Shown here: in pieces, positions 1 to 12,839 of the stretch | How the letters are laid out: the number at the start of each line of letters is the position of its first letter | How positions within the stretch are numbered: position 1 is the stretch's first letter | IMG/VR virus record: IMGVR_UViG_3300033153_009093 | Location: 96,001 to 160,000 of that record | Length of the DNA: 64,000 bases | Strand: one strand, 5' to 3' | Source of the DNA: a virus | Program-made: the position numbers and the translations under genes | Notes under the pieces: generated by a model | The model's input: only the letters and a program-made list of their open reading frames with translations | Told to the model about the DNA's origin: nothing | Databases searched by the model: none

Positions 1-1
1 T

Positions 2-664
2 TTTATCTATTTCAGTAATATTATTTTCTAAAAAAGAAGGTGTGTCAATATTATATTTATCTATTTTCAATATATGAGTATCATTATTATATAAATTATA
101 ATTATCAATGTCAGTATATTGTTCATCGAAGTGTCTTTCAATTGATAATAATGATAATGGTAAAATTTCATTACCAAATTTTTCATAATATATTGAATCA
201 TTATAATCTGATGTATTATAATATTTGTATTCATTTAATGTATATACAGTATCGTAATATAAATCTAACTATATAGGATTGAACCCCGGTGGGTTTCCGT
301 TTATATAATTAGAACCTTTCATTAATTGTTGTCCAAATATATAAATACCGCTGATAAAGGGTTTATCTATTCCGTAATTGTCCCCATATAATATATTATA
401 TTCGAACTGTTTTAAAAATACCGTTAAATATTTTTCATATTTTGGCGACTAATAAAATATGGCAGTATATTTATTTTCTTTATCATTTGCAATATTATTA
501 CAAATGAATTGAACTTTATCATTAATTAGTCCATAATAAAAATTATTATCCATTAATGTATTGCTAGTTAAAAATAACTGTTTAATATATTTATCTAAAT
601 ATAAACTTTCATAGTTAGTCAAATAATTATAATAAATATCTTCCAATTTGTAAAAACTTTCCAT
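2..664 (-). CDS. Hypothetical (probable virion) protein, partial, runs off the left edge; 2 in-frame TAG
   Basis: ORF-track 449..664 continues in frame through TAG 449-451 and 269-271 with no TAA/TGA to the window edge. Confidence 0.7.
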
Positions 665-744
665 AATGAAACCAATTATATTATATTGTTTTTTGAAATT
701 AATTATACAATTACAATATTAAATATTTTTTATGGTATCAAAAT

Positions 745-3700
745 ATGCTTTTTAAAACTAATTTATATAATAGAAATTATTACCCTATAAAGATTTTTTC
801 TATTAATGAAAATATTCTCAATGATGATAAATCTACTATTTCAAATGATTAGATTATAACCAGTTCTACTTTCAATAATGATGAAGGAAAATTAATTAAA
901 CCTTTTCAAACCACATCATAGATAACATCTGTGTCATTAAATGAAAATGTAAATAATTTTAAAGGATATATATATTTAGATTCTACTATATACACAGATT
1001 CTATTGATTATGGTACATTTGGAATATTATCAGGTTAGGAAGCAAATATAAAACATCACTTTGTTACTTTAAAAACTGGTAAGATTTTCAATAATAAAAC
1101 AGGGGGTGTATTTACAAAAGATGACGCTGATAGTTTATCGGAAGAATCTAATATCTCTTTAAAATTTAGTATGAAAGATATATCAGATTAGAATGAGATA
1201 TTAAATCATTTAGAAATGTCAGGATTTAGTGGATATGATATAGAAGATTATGATTTTTTTGGAGATGGAATAAATTCATTAACTATCAACTCTCCGCCTG
1301 ATGACAACTGCACTAATCAATTTGTTAGAGGAAGTGTAATAAATGATTAGGACACATTAACTGAATTTATTGAAAATAATAATGGCACATTGAAATTATA
1401 TAAAGAAAATGACAATATATAGTTTGACATGGAGCTACCCGGAAGATTATTATCTGATATATTTACTTCACTAGATACAAGTTATAAAAACATGATAACT
1501 TCAGAAGATTATGAAAAAAGTTCTAACTCTTCTATTGATTTGCCTATGTTACAATGGTCTATAGGCATGACAGTTATTTTGCAGTTAAAAAATAAAAATA
1601 ATAATACTCCTTATAAAATAAATTTAAAAATTGTTACGCCTTTAATATTCCTTTTATTATTACCTGAAAATGATATAATTGAAGCAAATAAAAGTGATAT
1701 TAAACCATTGCTTAATTTAATTAATAATCCTTCTGATCTTGATAAAAATACATTATTAGTTATACCAACAAAAACAAAATTATTAACTAATCCTTCCAGT
1801 TATTATTCATCTAATATAAAAGTATCACCCTTATCATTAAATACTTTATCGTTTGATACTAATGTAAATAAAGATACTTTTTTTACTATTAATAATGTTC
1901 AATAGAAAGCATCAGATTATTATACTGATAATGACTTAATAACTTTTTCGTCCGAATCGTTTCCGATAAAAAGAATTATACCATCCAGTGCAAATAAATT
2001 GATAAATAATAATTTTGACATATTTATAGATACTACTGGAATAACAGAAAGTTATATCAATACTCTAATTATTAATTATTCTTATGATGGTACAACTTAT
2101 GATATTGAAACTGATATTGAAATAATTCCTACTCTAAATGAAAATGAACCAGAAATAATATATTTACCAAATTCTATACTTGTTGAAAATTCTCATAAAC
2201 ATAAAGTAATACAAAAAGATTTATATAGTAGCAAATTTATTGACTGTATTCATTTTTCAACATTAGGAGAGGATAAACTTAATTTTCAATTAAAAAATAT
2301 AGGCGAAGCGAATGCGATAATTGAAAATGTCGAAATAGAAAATGCCTATAAATAGTTAGACGATTTAGCTAATATAGAAAATAAAACATCTAAGGATTTA
2401 GAAAATATCGAATTACTTACAGAATGTACTAATCATCACATTAGTGCTATGAAATATGTGAATAATTCTTTAACTGATATAGAATTAGAAAATTTAATTG
2501 AAAGATCTTCTATTAAAAAATATATAAATTTTACATTATCAAACATTAATCAATCTTCATATAATGCATATGGGACATCTAATTTTAAAATATTTTTTAA
2601 TATAAATAGATTTAAAACGGATATAAATTATTTAAATGGTATACCTTTAATATTTAAAATAATTTATAGAAAAAAAGATTCACCAATTAAATATACTAAA
2701 TATATATTCAATAAATCTGCTTTTAATTTAAAATTTGTAGTCGGTAAAATGGAATTATTGTATAATAATGAAGTGGAAGATATAAAATATATTAGACCTT
2801 CATCAAGAAATACTTTATTTGTTGATTTATATAGAAATATTAAATTTGACAATATTTAGAATTCTATGAGTAAATTATTATCGACCGGAGTTTCTATAAA
2901 AGATTGTAAAATATTAAATATAAATAATATTAATAATATATCGACTAATGAATATTTTATAGATCGTTCACAATTTCCATTAAGTGTATCTTCATTAAAT
3001 AATATAAATATTAATACGTTATCATTTGATTTAAATTTACAGAATGAAAAATTTTATAAATTTAAATTAAGAATATATACATCTTATGAATATATTCCTT
3101 TCATTGATATCCCTTTAAATGTAATAGCAACAAATGTGGATGTTGAAAGTATAATAAAATTTGATTCTAATGATTTTTATGTAAAAAATAATAAATATTT
3201 TTTATCATTAATAAAATTACAAACAAAAAATAGAAAATTATCTATAGTTAATACTTCTAATATAGATATTATGATATTAGATATAGACATTTACACCATT
3301 TCTGATCATTTTGGAAATGATAATTTTGATATTACATTAAATAATAGTTTTAATTTTCCGTTCAAAATGACTAATAAGAATTCTTTAAAATTAGATATTG
3401 ATTTTATTGGTAAAGATTTTGGACACTATAACAACTTTATAATATTAAAAACAAATTTAGGAGATATATATTTAAGCATTTCTTCTTTCGTAAATACAAA
3501 GTATAAAGATGTATATGTATTAATGGAAAATAGAAAGGGTACAAAATTTACATCAACATTAACTGGCAGTGATGTAGATTATATTAAGTTAATAAACTTC
3601 GGAGATGATAAATGTTTTACTGAAATAACTAAATTAGGAGGATAGAATTTAAATAATTTTAAAATATCCGAAAATGCAAAACTATTACCGAATACTACCA

Positions 3701-4620
3701 ATTATATAGAAAATGTATTTACTCCTACATCAACGGGTAAAAAAATAAGTTAGGCTGATTTTAAATTAAATGATATGCTAGAAACTTATAAATTATTAAT
3801 AGACGAAGAGACTTACATAGCTAAATTACAAAATAGTCATATAATTGCTGAAATGATAGGAACCGCATTAAGTGAAACGGCAGTGCCAGTATTTAGTAAA
3901 AGTATTATAGATTTTGGATATATCTCTACTGATAATAAAAATAGATTAACTAGAGTAGATACCTTTGATATTGAAAATTATGGAATAACTCCTTTTTTAA
4001 TAACAAAGATATCAAATGTAAATTCTAAATCTCCTTTTAAAATATCTTTACTAAATGAAAGTTATCCTATAAAGGTAAATAAGAAAATATCAATTCCAAT
4101 ATATATTGATAATACTTTATTAGATGACAATAATAAAATATATTATGATATATTTAAATTTGAATTGCAAGATTTAAAAACAAAAAATGTTTTTAGTAAT
4201 GATATTATTGTTAAATTAGAACTTACTGAAGATGATAAAAAATATATATCATTAAATTCAGAACTAATAGAATTTGGATATTGTGAAATAAATAATTTTA
4301 AATCTGATTCCGTATCCATTAAAAATTTTTCAACAGATAAGTTATCATTAGATATATCTTATAGTGGCGATATAGAATTACAAACATTGAAAGAATTCGC
4401 TATCAATTTATAGCCTAATCAAACCTTCGATTTGCCTATTTATTTCTATCCTCATGGAATTGATAATTTTGAAGGTATAATACAATTAAAATTTGATGAC
4501 GATTATATTAAAAATATAAACCTTTTTGGGTATGGTGTAGATTTTCAGTTACCTTTGATAAAAATCGAAAATGAATTATTAAAGTATACTAACAATATTC
4601 AACAATATTTAAATAAATAA
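745..4620 (+). CDS. Large (1291 aa) probable virion protein with ASH/Ig-like beta-sandwich domains in the C-terminal half; 12 in-frame TAG
   Basis: Track ORFs 1429, 1999, 2449, 2866, 3775 and 4432 are all in one frame, separated only by TAG (850, 919, 1036, 1189, 1348, 1420, 1903, 2353, 2857, 3643, 3751, 4411). ATG at 745, TAA at 4618. The C-terminus FGYCEINN..SIKN..L*PNQTFDLPIYFYP..G.IQL...L.GYG resembles ASH/choice-of-anchor-D domains. Confidence 0.8.
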
Positions 4621-4664
4621 TATTTTACGGAATCGGTTATTTATCGCCTATTCCGTAAAATATT
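4619..4664. terminator. Bidirectional terminator-like inverted repeat between convergent genes
   Basis: 15-bp arms AATATTTTACGGAAT (4619-4633) / ATTCCGTAAAATATT (4650-4664). Confidence 0.7.
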
Positions 4665-5061
4665 ATAATCCAAATTCCTATAATATTTTATATAAGTTCA
4701 AAGGTTTCTTAACAGGGTAGTATACATTATCAAAATATACCACTAAACTAGAAATGTTATTCAATATTTGCTCAGACACTTCATCATACTTAACATATAC
4801 CATTAATGAATATTCTGTTCCTAATTTAGTATCATTTTCTTGCACAAATAACTTATTATAAGTATATATACATTTCATGCTATCTATATGAATATAGTCG
4901 TCCTGTGATATTGTAGTCATATCAACTGCGCTGTCATCAAAGGGGTTATTGACATTATTATAATTTGGCAAACATAAATCGCACATCGGATTATCAATCA
5001 TATTTGCTATTAAGTCAAACGCTTTTGATTGTATTGCCACTTTTAATTTCGAATATTCCAT
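4663..5061 (-). CDS. Hypothetical protein (1 in-frame TAG near the C-terminus)
   Basis: Track ORF 4678..5061 ends in TAG; read-through adds *EFGL then TAA at 4663-4665, next to the terminator. Confidence 0.65.
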
Positions 5062-7664
5062 TATTCCACCATAACAACATCGTCTAAGGTAACATTAAAT
5101 ATATAATCACTGTTATATGATATATATGAATATTTTAAATTAATATCATATTCATATATATGATTATACTTTCTATAATTTATTAACATTTGGACATAAC
5201 CTTCAGATGATATTTGATAAATTGTTGAGTCGCTTAATAAATCTTTATTTAATATAACAGGATTATTATTATTAGTATTAAATGATAATTCATTTACAGA
5301 TAGATTAATAAATTTATTATCATCAATATTATATAAAGTAATTAAATCATTATAATTATTTATCGAATTTATAAAATAATCAGAAAATGTATAATCATTT
5401 TCATCTGAATATAAACTATAATATGCATACTAATCTATTCCTATTACTTTATTAAATATAATAAATTTATTATCTGTATCCATGATATCATCATATTTAA
5501 AAAATGTTACAAGAAATGTTCCGGTCGTATCTGTTATATTTACTTTGTAAATATCTTCCCCTATTAATACTGACATCACATCTTCATATTCCGCAACATC
5601 TGTATTATCCATATCATAAGATTTAATAATATTAACGTCTGTTAAAATAAAATCTTGTAAATTTTCATAATTAGTTGTATCTATAGTTAAAATATCTTTA
5701 ACATAAGAAAAGGTATAATCGATTACTATAGGATCTTTATATATTTCAGTTAACTGTAATTGTTTTATTTCATTATATAAATGATAAATCAAATCATAAT
5801 TCAATTTATCATTTATATAATATTTATTAGATAATAGATAATAGTAATCAAATGAAATTGTTTGAATATAATCGAAATATAAAAATTTATACTTATAAAA
5901 GCTTTCATCCAATACCGTATTATTTCTAATAAAATGATTATCTAAAATATCTAATGCATCATTTTCATTATCAATCGCTATAATAGATAGCATATTATGA
6001 GGTAATATATTTATATCATCATTTATTAGTATAACATTATCTATTCCATTAGTATGTATATAATAAGATAATGAGTATTCTTCGCTTTTTATAAAGTCGT
6101 TATAGATTACATTTGCAGTATCAAATGTTTTATTAAATTTATACAAGTTATCAAAATCCTAAGATAAATTATATATATAATTATGCAATTTATTATAGTC
6201 CTACTATTCATCCATATAATCATTTACTACAAAATCAATTTCATAATGATCTACATCCAAAGAATATGAGTAATATAATTCATCATTATTTATAGGTATC
6301 AGTCCACCTATAGCAACTTTATATTGTCGTAAATAAAATGTTTCGTAGTTTATATTATCAGACACATATAAAACTATCGGCAAATTTGTAGTAGTGTCAA
6401 ATCCTTGGATATCTATAAATTCCGCTGTCTCTATACTTCCAATATTTGAATCTACAAAATCACCATGAATATCCTAAAATTCTATTTGCTTTGTTAAATA
6501 ATTTCTATACTTTTTAATACTATTATAGCTACTTATAAATTCATCATAATCTTCATCTAATATAACTGTAGAATCATTATTGTAAGCTGTTTTTATATAG
6601 TTATATAAATAATTATTATATGATTTAAATTCTATATTGACTATCTCTTCTTGTTTATATAACTTTAATTGATTTGATGTTATCGAATTACTTGGTACCT
6701 AATCTGATAAAGTGCTTTCCTCAATATCATTAAATGTAAATTTTAAATCCTATCTAACAAATGGATGCGGATAATTATCCACATATTCACTATGTCCATT
6801 TTCTGTTACTTTTATACTATAAGGATATTTATCTGCGCTAGTTACAATATATGAATATTGCTCAAAACTAAATATTGCCGATGGAATGTAACTTTTAACA
6901 TCATTTAAAATATCATATAATGTATTTTTTAATTTATAATTATCTTGGCTTCCGTAAATATATACATACTTTTCATATCCATTAAAATTTATTTTAAAAG
7001 TAAATCCATTATAGATAACTTTATATGGTAAATAATTTGAATATATATATAATTCTTTGTATGATAACGAATTTTGCAATTGTTCAAATTCCGATTCATT
7101 TAATCCTTCAGTTTTTATTAATACTAAATCAGGATATTCTATATTTGATTTAGGATAATATACTGTTGTAGGTGTCTCTATTTTCTTTTCAACTATATTA
7201 AATAAATAATCATCAATGGGATCTATTTCTATTCTATTATACGAAATAGATTTTATCGATGATAAGTAACCGGAGTCCTTTTCATTCTTTATAATATTAT
7301 CTACAAATATACCCTTAGTATCAATATCATTTGAATAGGTCTAAATAAATTTTATATTATTAGGATACTTTATAGATGTTATTATAAATATTTCACAAGC
7401 ATTGAATTTTGATAATATCATCTAATGAATAAGCTATAATTTTTCTACATTAGATAAATTGGCATCAATTTTTACATCATCAATTTTATCATATAGCCCA
7501 TATACATATTTTATTATTGTTGAGCTTTTATTTTCTGAATACTTATGATATAGATATGTTGAAAAAATATAATCCATTTTTTCATTAACGGCATATTGTT
7601 GCATACCTATCGTATCGCTGAATATGTATTCTATATTTAGATTATTAGAATTAAATCCTAACAT
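5061..7664 (-). CDS. Large (867 aa) probable virion/baseplate-region protein; 10 in-frame TAG including a TAG-TAG pair
   Basis: Track ORFs 7434..7664, 6750..7079 and 5430..6146 share one frame with only TAG between them. The final TAA overlaps the next ATG (TAATG at 5061-5063). Confidence 0.8.
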
Positions 7665-8281
7665 TATATAGACCTCTATAAAAATTTACTTAATTCTAAA
7701 TTATTTATATCATTAGATATAAATAATTTTATATCACTATCGACTATTTTATTCTTTATTACATTATCTTTAAAAATATAAGCTATTTTATTATTAGATA
7801 AATTGTAAATTGTAGGAAATATATATACCAATTCGTTATCAACTGATAATAATATTATAGAAGAAAAGTTATTTATATCATTATCAGAATCTATGGTAAG
7901 AATTAACATATTATTAATATAACTAATATTCTTTAATTCAATAATTTGAGTATATGTATTATATAATATAGATGAATAATTTATCCAGTACCTATAAATA
8001 TCACTGTATTCATCATTACCATCATTGTATGATACAGTTAAATCAATATAATCCTTATTTATAGAATTGCCTATATTAATAATTTTAATATACCCTTTCA
8101 AGTTATAAGAAGTGTCCTTTACAATTGTAAAAGGTGTGTTTATATATTCTATATTTAGATTATCCGTTGACGTAATATCGTCAATTTGGAGGTCTGCGGT
8201 TCCTTGATTAATAATATCAAATCCGAAATTTTTTAATGTATATAATTCTTTTATACCAAGTTCAACACTGTATTCATTCAT
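7664..8281 (-). CDS. Probable virion protein with an ASH/Ig-like domain
   Basis: FDIINQGTADLQIDDI motif typical of ASH-like domains. TAG at 7676 is followed by RSI and a TAA overlapping the next ATG. Confidence 0.6.
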
Positions 8282-8292
8282 ATCAATTCCTA

Positions 8293-8802
8293 TTAAATAT
8301 TTGTAACATTAGAAAAATTCGTTAATAGATTATCTTGATCTTTTGTATCATTTAAATATTCAAAAAAATTATCTAATTCAATATATCTATTAACTGAAAC
8401 CAAATAATTTAAATCTAATGATAGCATATTAGGAATGATATAGTTTGTATCATCAAATTTTTTTATCTACACTGCTATTAATGTTTTAGTGGATGAAGGT
8501 TCATTCTATTTATAAGCACTATCGGTATTGATAGTAATATTATTAATAGGTTTATAATTTAAATTGTACTCTTCTATATTTAATGATTCTGATAAATTAG
8601 TAACTATTTGATTAAATATATATACATTATTATTTTCAATAAAATTTGAAATATTTATTTCATTAATAATTAAATCATTCTATAAAGTATTAATATATGC
8701 CAAATCTTTTTCTTCGGTATATCTAATGATATATAAATCAAATAACATAAACATCTAAGTAGATAAGCATAATTTAAAATTATCATTCGTGTACTATTTC
8801 AT
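8293..8802 (-). CDS. Hypothetical protein (169 aa) missed by the ORF track; 5 in-frame TAG
   Basis: Manual translation MK*YTNDNFKLCLST*MFML...TL*NDL...YK*NEP...AV*IKKF..., closing on TAA 8293-8295. Confidence 0.7.
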
Positions 8803-8806
8803 AATA

Positions 8807-10069
8807 TTACCCATTCACTAACATTACAGGGATTGTTAAAGTTTCACCTGATTTAGCTATATCAAAAATTAAATCATTAAAATAATTAGCATTGCTACTT
8901 AAAAATGAAAGATTATATAAATTATCTATATTTTTTAATGTACTCTATGGAATATTCTTCCTATCTTGTAATATTCTTCCTATTGAATTTGTTTCAATTG
9001 CTATCGGCATAGAATTTTTAAATCCATCAGAATATTCTTTATATTTCTTTATCTAATAATATCTGGATGAATATTTCGTTTCAATTAGATTTTTAGGTTT
9101 AGCTCCATTATATAAATGAAACAATCCATCATGTTCTAATTGTATTTTATTAAAAATAATATCAAAAAACTTTTTAGTAAATTCAAAAGGTATATATCTA
9201 TAAATGCCATTATTTTTATTTAAAAAAATTCCAACAGTAAATAGTGACTGAACAATAAAATAATTATCATTCAAATTTTCAATATCTGATTTAATAGTTG
9301 TCTAATTAGAATTGTATATAGAATTTAAACTGATATCTATAATACCGCTACTTGTTATTGATGTTAAATATTTATTATTATAATATAATTTAATATTATC
9401 TACGTCATCAGTGGTAGTATAAATAAAAAAATGAACAGGATAATAAACACCATTTAAATAAAATAAATAAAAATTGCTATGGTAAACTTTATGAATATTT
9501 GATTTTATTATTATGGTAGGATTGAAAATTGTTCTGATGTTATCTTCATCATCGATATAATATTTTCCAACTAATTCTTTTATCGAATGAATATTCCCTG
9601 ATAATGTTATTAGTTTTTCTACATTTTCTATTTCATAAAAAGGATAATATTCATTAGAATGAATATTATCATTTTTTAATGTATTATATCGTTTATAATA
9701 ATTATCATTATTAATAATAGAATACTATTCATCTAAAGTTAAATTATCATTATATAATGATAATTTTATTGCTTCATTTGCAGCATCTATTGCAATATTA
9801 TCTGTTTGAGTAGCGGATTTTATAAATCGATCTTTATAAAAATTTTCCTAAGATTCTGATAAATCTCCTGTATAAGAAAATAAATCTATAGGATTTTTAT
9901 TATACATTACATTATACAATGGCATATCGGATTCAAGATATATTAAATTACCAGAATTGATATTTTGTAAATTGAATTTATAGCTCTATAATGTTGGATG
10001 ATTTGATACGGCTTTTATATTATAATTTGATAATATATGCTGCACTTTATCGTAAGAAGAATATAACAA
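8807..10069 (-). CDS. Hypothetical (probable virion) protein, about 420 aa; 6 in-frame TAG
   Basis: Open frame from TTG 10069 to TAA 8807 interrupted only by TAG; contains track ORF 9053..9274; start codon uncertain. Confidence 0.7.
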
Positions 10070-10091
10070 TTAATAAACCTATACAACGAAT

Positions 10092-11402
10092 TTAAACATT
10101 TTCAAATATACAATCATCAAATTCGTTTTTTAGTATATTAATTTTAATTTTAATACTTTTAATAAATACATTATTGAAATATTTACTATTATCAATTAAA
10201 TCATATACAATGGCATCTTTTTTATTATCACTTTTTCGTACAATCCGCCCTATTGTTTGAATAAGAGATTTTCTTCCCATTATAGGAGTTGCCAATATTA
10301 ATCGATTTAAAGCGGCATAATCAAAGGCATGCGAAGCATATTTATAAGTTGCTACAATTACGTTATCATTTATTTTATCAATATCATTTTTTTCAGAAAA
10401 TAATTTAGCAGAAGTTATATTTTTTTCTTTTAAATAATCATACACAAAATTAAGTTGTTTTTTTGTTAAACAAATAATTATTATTTTATTATTTTGTTCT
10501 ATTTCTTTTTTTGTGATATTATAAATATTAGATATCCATTCTTTAGATTCATGTAATTTTGAATTATATATCGATCTTGCTTGAATAAAATTTCTATTCC
10601 ATAAATACGAAATCCTTTTACCGTACTTTTCACCTAACCCACTATCGAATTTTATAAACTTTACAGTAGGTTGATAATCATATGAGCCATAAGTAACTAA
10701 TATATCATCGAATATAGATTTAACTAAAATATTTTTTTCTTTATCAAGATAAGGCGTAGCAGATAATCCTATTACATTTTTAGTGTTGAATAACAATGAA
10801 GCTGATGCATATTTAGTACCCATCTTATGCGCCTCATCCCAAAATATTAGATCGATTCCTATTGATCTAAATAATGGATAAAATTCTTTTATATTATTTT
10901 TTACTTTTGAAGCTAATGTCTGAGGTGTTGTGATGATAACTTTTTTATTTTCGACATCAAAAATTTTTCCTTTTATTAATCCAATTTCAGAATCTGTAAT
11001 ATTTGTATGTCGTAAAAATTCTTCTCTCCATTGTTCGACAATTTTTTCAGTATCAATAAGAATTAATGTTTTTTTATTTAAATAATGTGCTAAATATATT
11101 GAACAAACAGTCTTACCAAATCCAGGCCTTGCGTGCAATATACCATTTATACATCCAGTAGTAGTATAAACATTCAATAAATTATCAATTATACTTATTT
11201 GTTCCTTTCTTAATTTAGAAACAAATTTATATTTTAATATTTCTTCAGCTTTAAATTTTTTATCACTATAAGTTAAAATATCTTTATTATGTGCATATTT
11301 TAATATATTTCTAGGAAGGTATATATAATCATCTGTAGAATGTAAAGTATAAGGTTCATACTTTTCAATAAACGGACTATCTTTATTCAATAAACAAAAC
11401 AT
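10092..11402 (-). CDS. uvsW: UvsW-like superfamily 2 DNA helicase
   Basis: PGFGKT Walker A, DEAH, LSATP and QTIGRIVR motifs. Confidence 0.8.
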   Translation of the reverse strand: MFCLLNKDSPFIEKYEPYTLHSTDDYIYLPRNILKYAHNKDILTYSDKKFKAEEILKYKFVSKLRKEQISIIDNLLNVYTTTGCINGILHARPGFGKTVCSIYLAHYLNKKTLILIDTEKIVEQWREEFLRHTNITDSEIGLIKGKIFDVENKKVIITTPQTLASKVKNNIKEFYPLFRSIGIDLIFWDEAHKMGTKYASASLLFNTKNVIGLSATPYLDKEKNILVKSIFDDILVTYGSYDYQPTVKFIKFDSGLGEKYGKRISYLWNRNFIQARSIYNSKLHESKEWISNIYNITKKEIEQNNKIIIICLTKKQLNFVYDYLKEKNITSAKLFSEKNDIDKINDNVIVATYKYASHAFDYAALNRLILATPIMGRKSLIQTIGRIVRKSDNKKDAIVYDLIDNSKYFNNVFIKSIKIKINILKNEFDDCIFENV

Positions 11403-11405
11403 AAA

Positions 11406-11609
11406 TTAATACAAACTCACAGTTAAATAAACAACTTTATTATTCTTATCTATTATTACAGCCTTATTTATTCCATCAATTATATTTGATGTTGTACTTT
11501 CGTAATTATCAATCGATAAACTTATATTATATGTCAAAAACTCTTCTCTTTCAATTTCATTATCCATTGCCGCCTCTGCTATCATTGACTAAATTTCCGC
11601 AATTTCCAT
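11406..11609 (-). CDS. Small hypothetical protein (67 aa); 1 in-frame TAG at codon 7
   Basis: MEIAEI*SMIAEAAMDNEIERE..., ends TAA 11406-11408; fills the gap between neighbouring genes. Confidence 0.6.
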
Positions 11610-11622
11610 ATTAACTAAACCT

Positions 11623-12666
11623 TTAATTATATAATTTTGATATACTATAATCAATAAACGTTGTTGAATCGTTAATATTAATTACATCATTAATAATTCT
11701 ACTTTTACTATATAATTCTAATGCTATATTTTTCAATTCTCTATTATATTTGTTCTTTAAATATATTATTAATTTATATAATCCTATAGAAAAACTAATA
11801 AAATCAAATTTTTTAATTGAGATTAAAAAATAACTATTTATAAAATTATAATCCGTCAATTTCATAGAATTTATTTCTTCAACAAAGAATGTATCAAATA
11901 TTTTGCCATTTATCATTTGATAATTAGTAAAATATTTAATTATTAAATTTTTTATAATATTATCAAATAGTAATATCGTAATATATTTCGCTTCTTCCAA
12001 TTTATTTAATTTTATTAATATATATGCCGCTATTAATATATTACTATAACTAAAATAATTAAAAGGGTATATTATTTGAATATCATTTAAATATTCTTTA
12101 AATTTTTTACTTTTATAATAAGAATAACTATTTAACATTATAGAAAATAATATTTCCGAATTATAATATATTTTTAAATCTTTTTTTAATTCAATAGTAA
12201 TATTTTTTAAATCTGTATCTATTTTTGTTATAAGGCTGTTTACATTTGAATCTTTTTTTAATTCACAACCTAACACCCTTTCATTTGTTTTTGTATATTT
12301 TATTTTTTTTGGGGTTTTATATTTCGATATCAAAATTTCATAAGGATAATAATATTTATTAAAATCAGGAATAATTGAATTTTCATCTTTTATCATTTCT
12401 GGGGCTGGTTTCCCTACAATAAACTTATTCTTATTATAAAAAATATTACAATTTTGCAAACTAACCTTTAATTTACTATCCCTTTTTAATAAAGTATCAA
12501 CATATATAAATTTATTTTTTCTTTTTAATAAATAAGAATTTATTTTTAAACTATCAAAGATTTTTTCTTTTATAATATTATAATCAATTTCTGATTCATC
12601 TAATAATTCTTTTAATAATAATGTTGTTACATAATTTATAACATAATCTTTATTTATTTTTTCCAT
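11623..12666 (-). CDS. Hypothetical protein
   Basis: Track ORF; start moved to ATG 12666 (MEKINK) because the upstream part overlaps the tRNA gene. Confidence 0.65.
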   Translation of the reverse strand: MEKINKDYVINYVTTLLLKELLDESEIDYNIIKEKIFDSLKINSYLLKRKNKFIYVDTLLKRDSKLKVSLQNCNIFYNKNKFIVGKPAPEMIKDENSIIPDFNKYYYPYEILISKYKTPKKIKYTKTNERVLGCELKKDSNVNSLITKIDTDLKNITIELKKDLKIYYNSEILFSIMLNSYSYYKSKKFKEYLNDIQIIYPFNYFSYSNILIAAYILIKLNKLEEAKYITILLFDNIIKNLIIKYFTNYQMINGKIFDTFFVEEINSMKLTDYNFINSYFLISIKKFDFISFSIGLYKLIIYLKNKYNRELKNIALELYSKSRIINDVININDSTTFIDYSISKLYN

Positions 12667-12713
12667 ATAAATTCTTATTATTATATTGTAAATAATTGAT
12701 ATTAATAAAGAAA

Positions 12714-12787
12714 TGGACTCGGTTAAGAGAATCGAACTCCTATACACAGATTTAGAGTCTGTTATCTTGCCATTAGATCAAACCGAG
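12714..12787 (-). tRNA. tRNA with anticodon CUA (reads UAG); inferred tRNA-Trp(CUA)
   Basis: CTCGGTT TG ATCT AATGGCA AGAT A ACAGA CT-CTA-AA TCTGT GTAT AGGAG TTCGATT CTCTT AACCGAG T CCA. All four stems pair, with a GG D-loop, TTCGA T-loop and encoded CCA. The amino-acid identity is inferred. Confidence 0.95.
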
Positions 12788-12839
12788 TTTTATCTAACAT
12801 ATTTAATTAATCTATATCATTTTTTATTTTAATATACAA

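Noticed and set aside
745-10069. TAG-interrupted ORFs as pseudogenes or sequencing errors
   Set aside because: Interruptions are almost exclusively TAG with no TAA/TGA or frameshifts over kilobases, catalytic motifs are intact, and a matching CUA tRNA is encoded
12667-12747. N-terminal extension of ORF-track 11623..12747
   Set aside because: It overlaps the tRNA gene; the real start is more likely ATG 12666
12714-12787. tRNA-Pyl / pyrrolysine recoding (shares GACTCTAAATC)
   Set aside because: The tRNA has a canonical GG D-loop, TTCGA T-loop and 5-bp anticodon stem, unlike tRNA-Pyl; no pyl genes were seen
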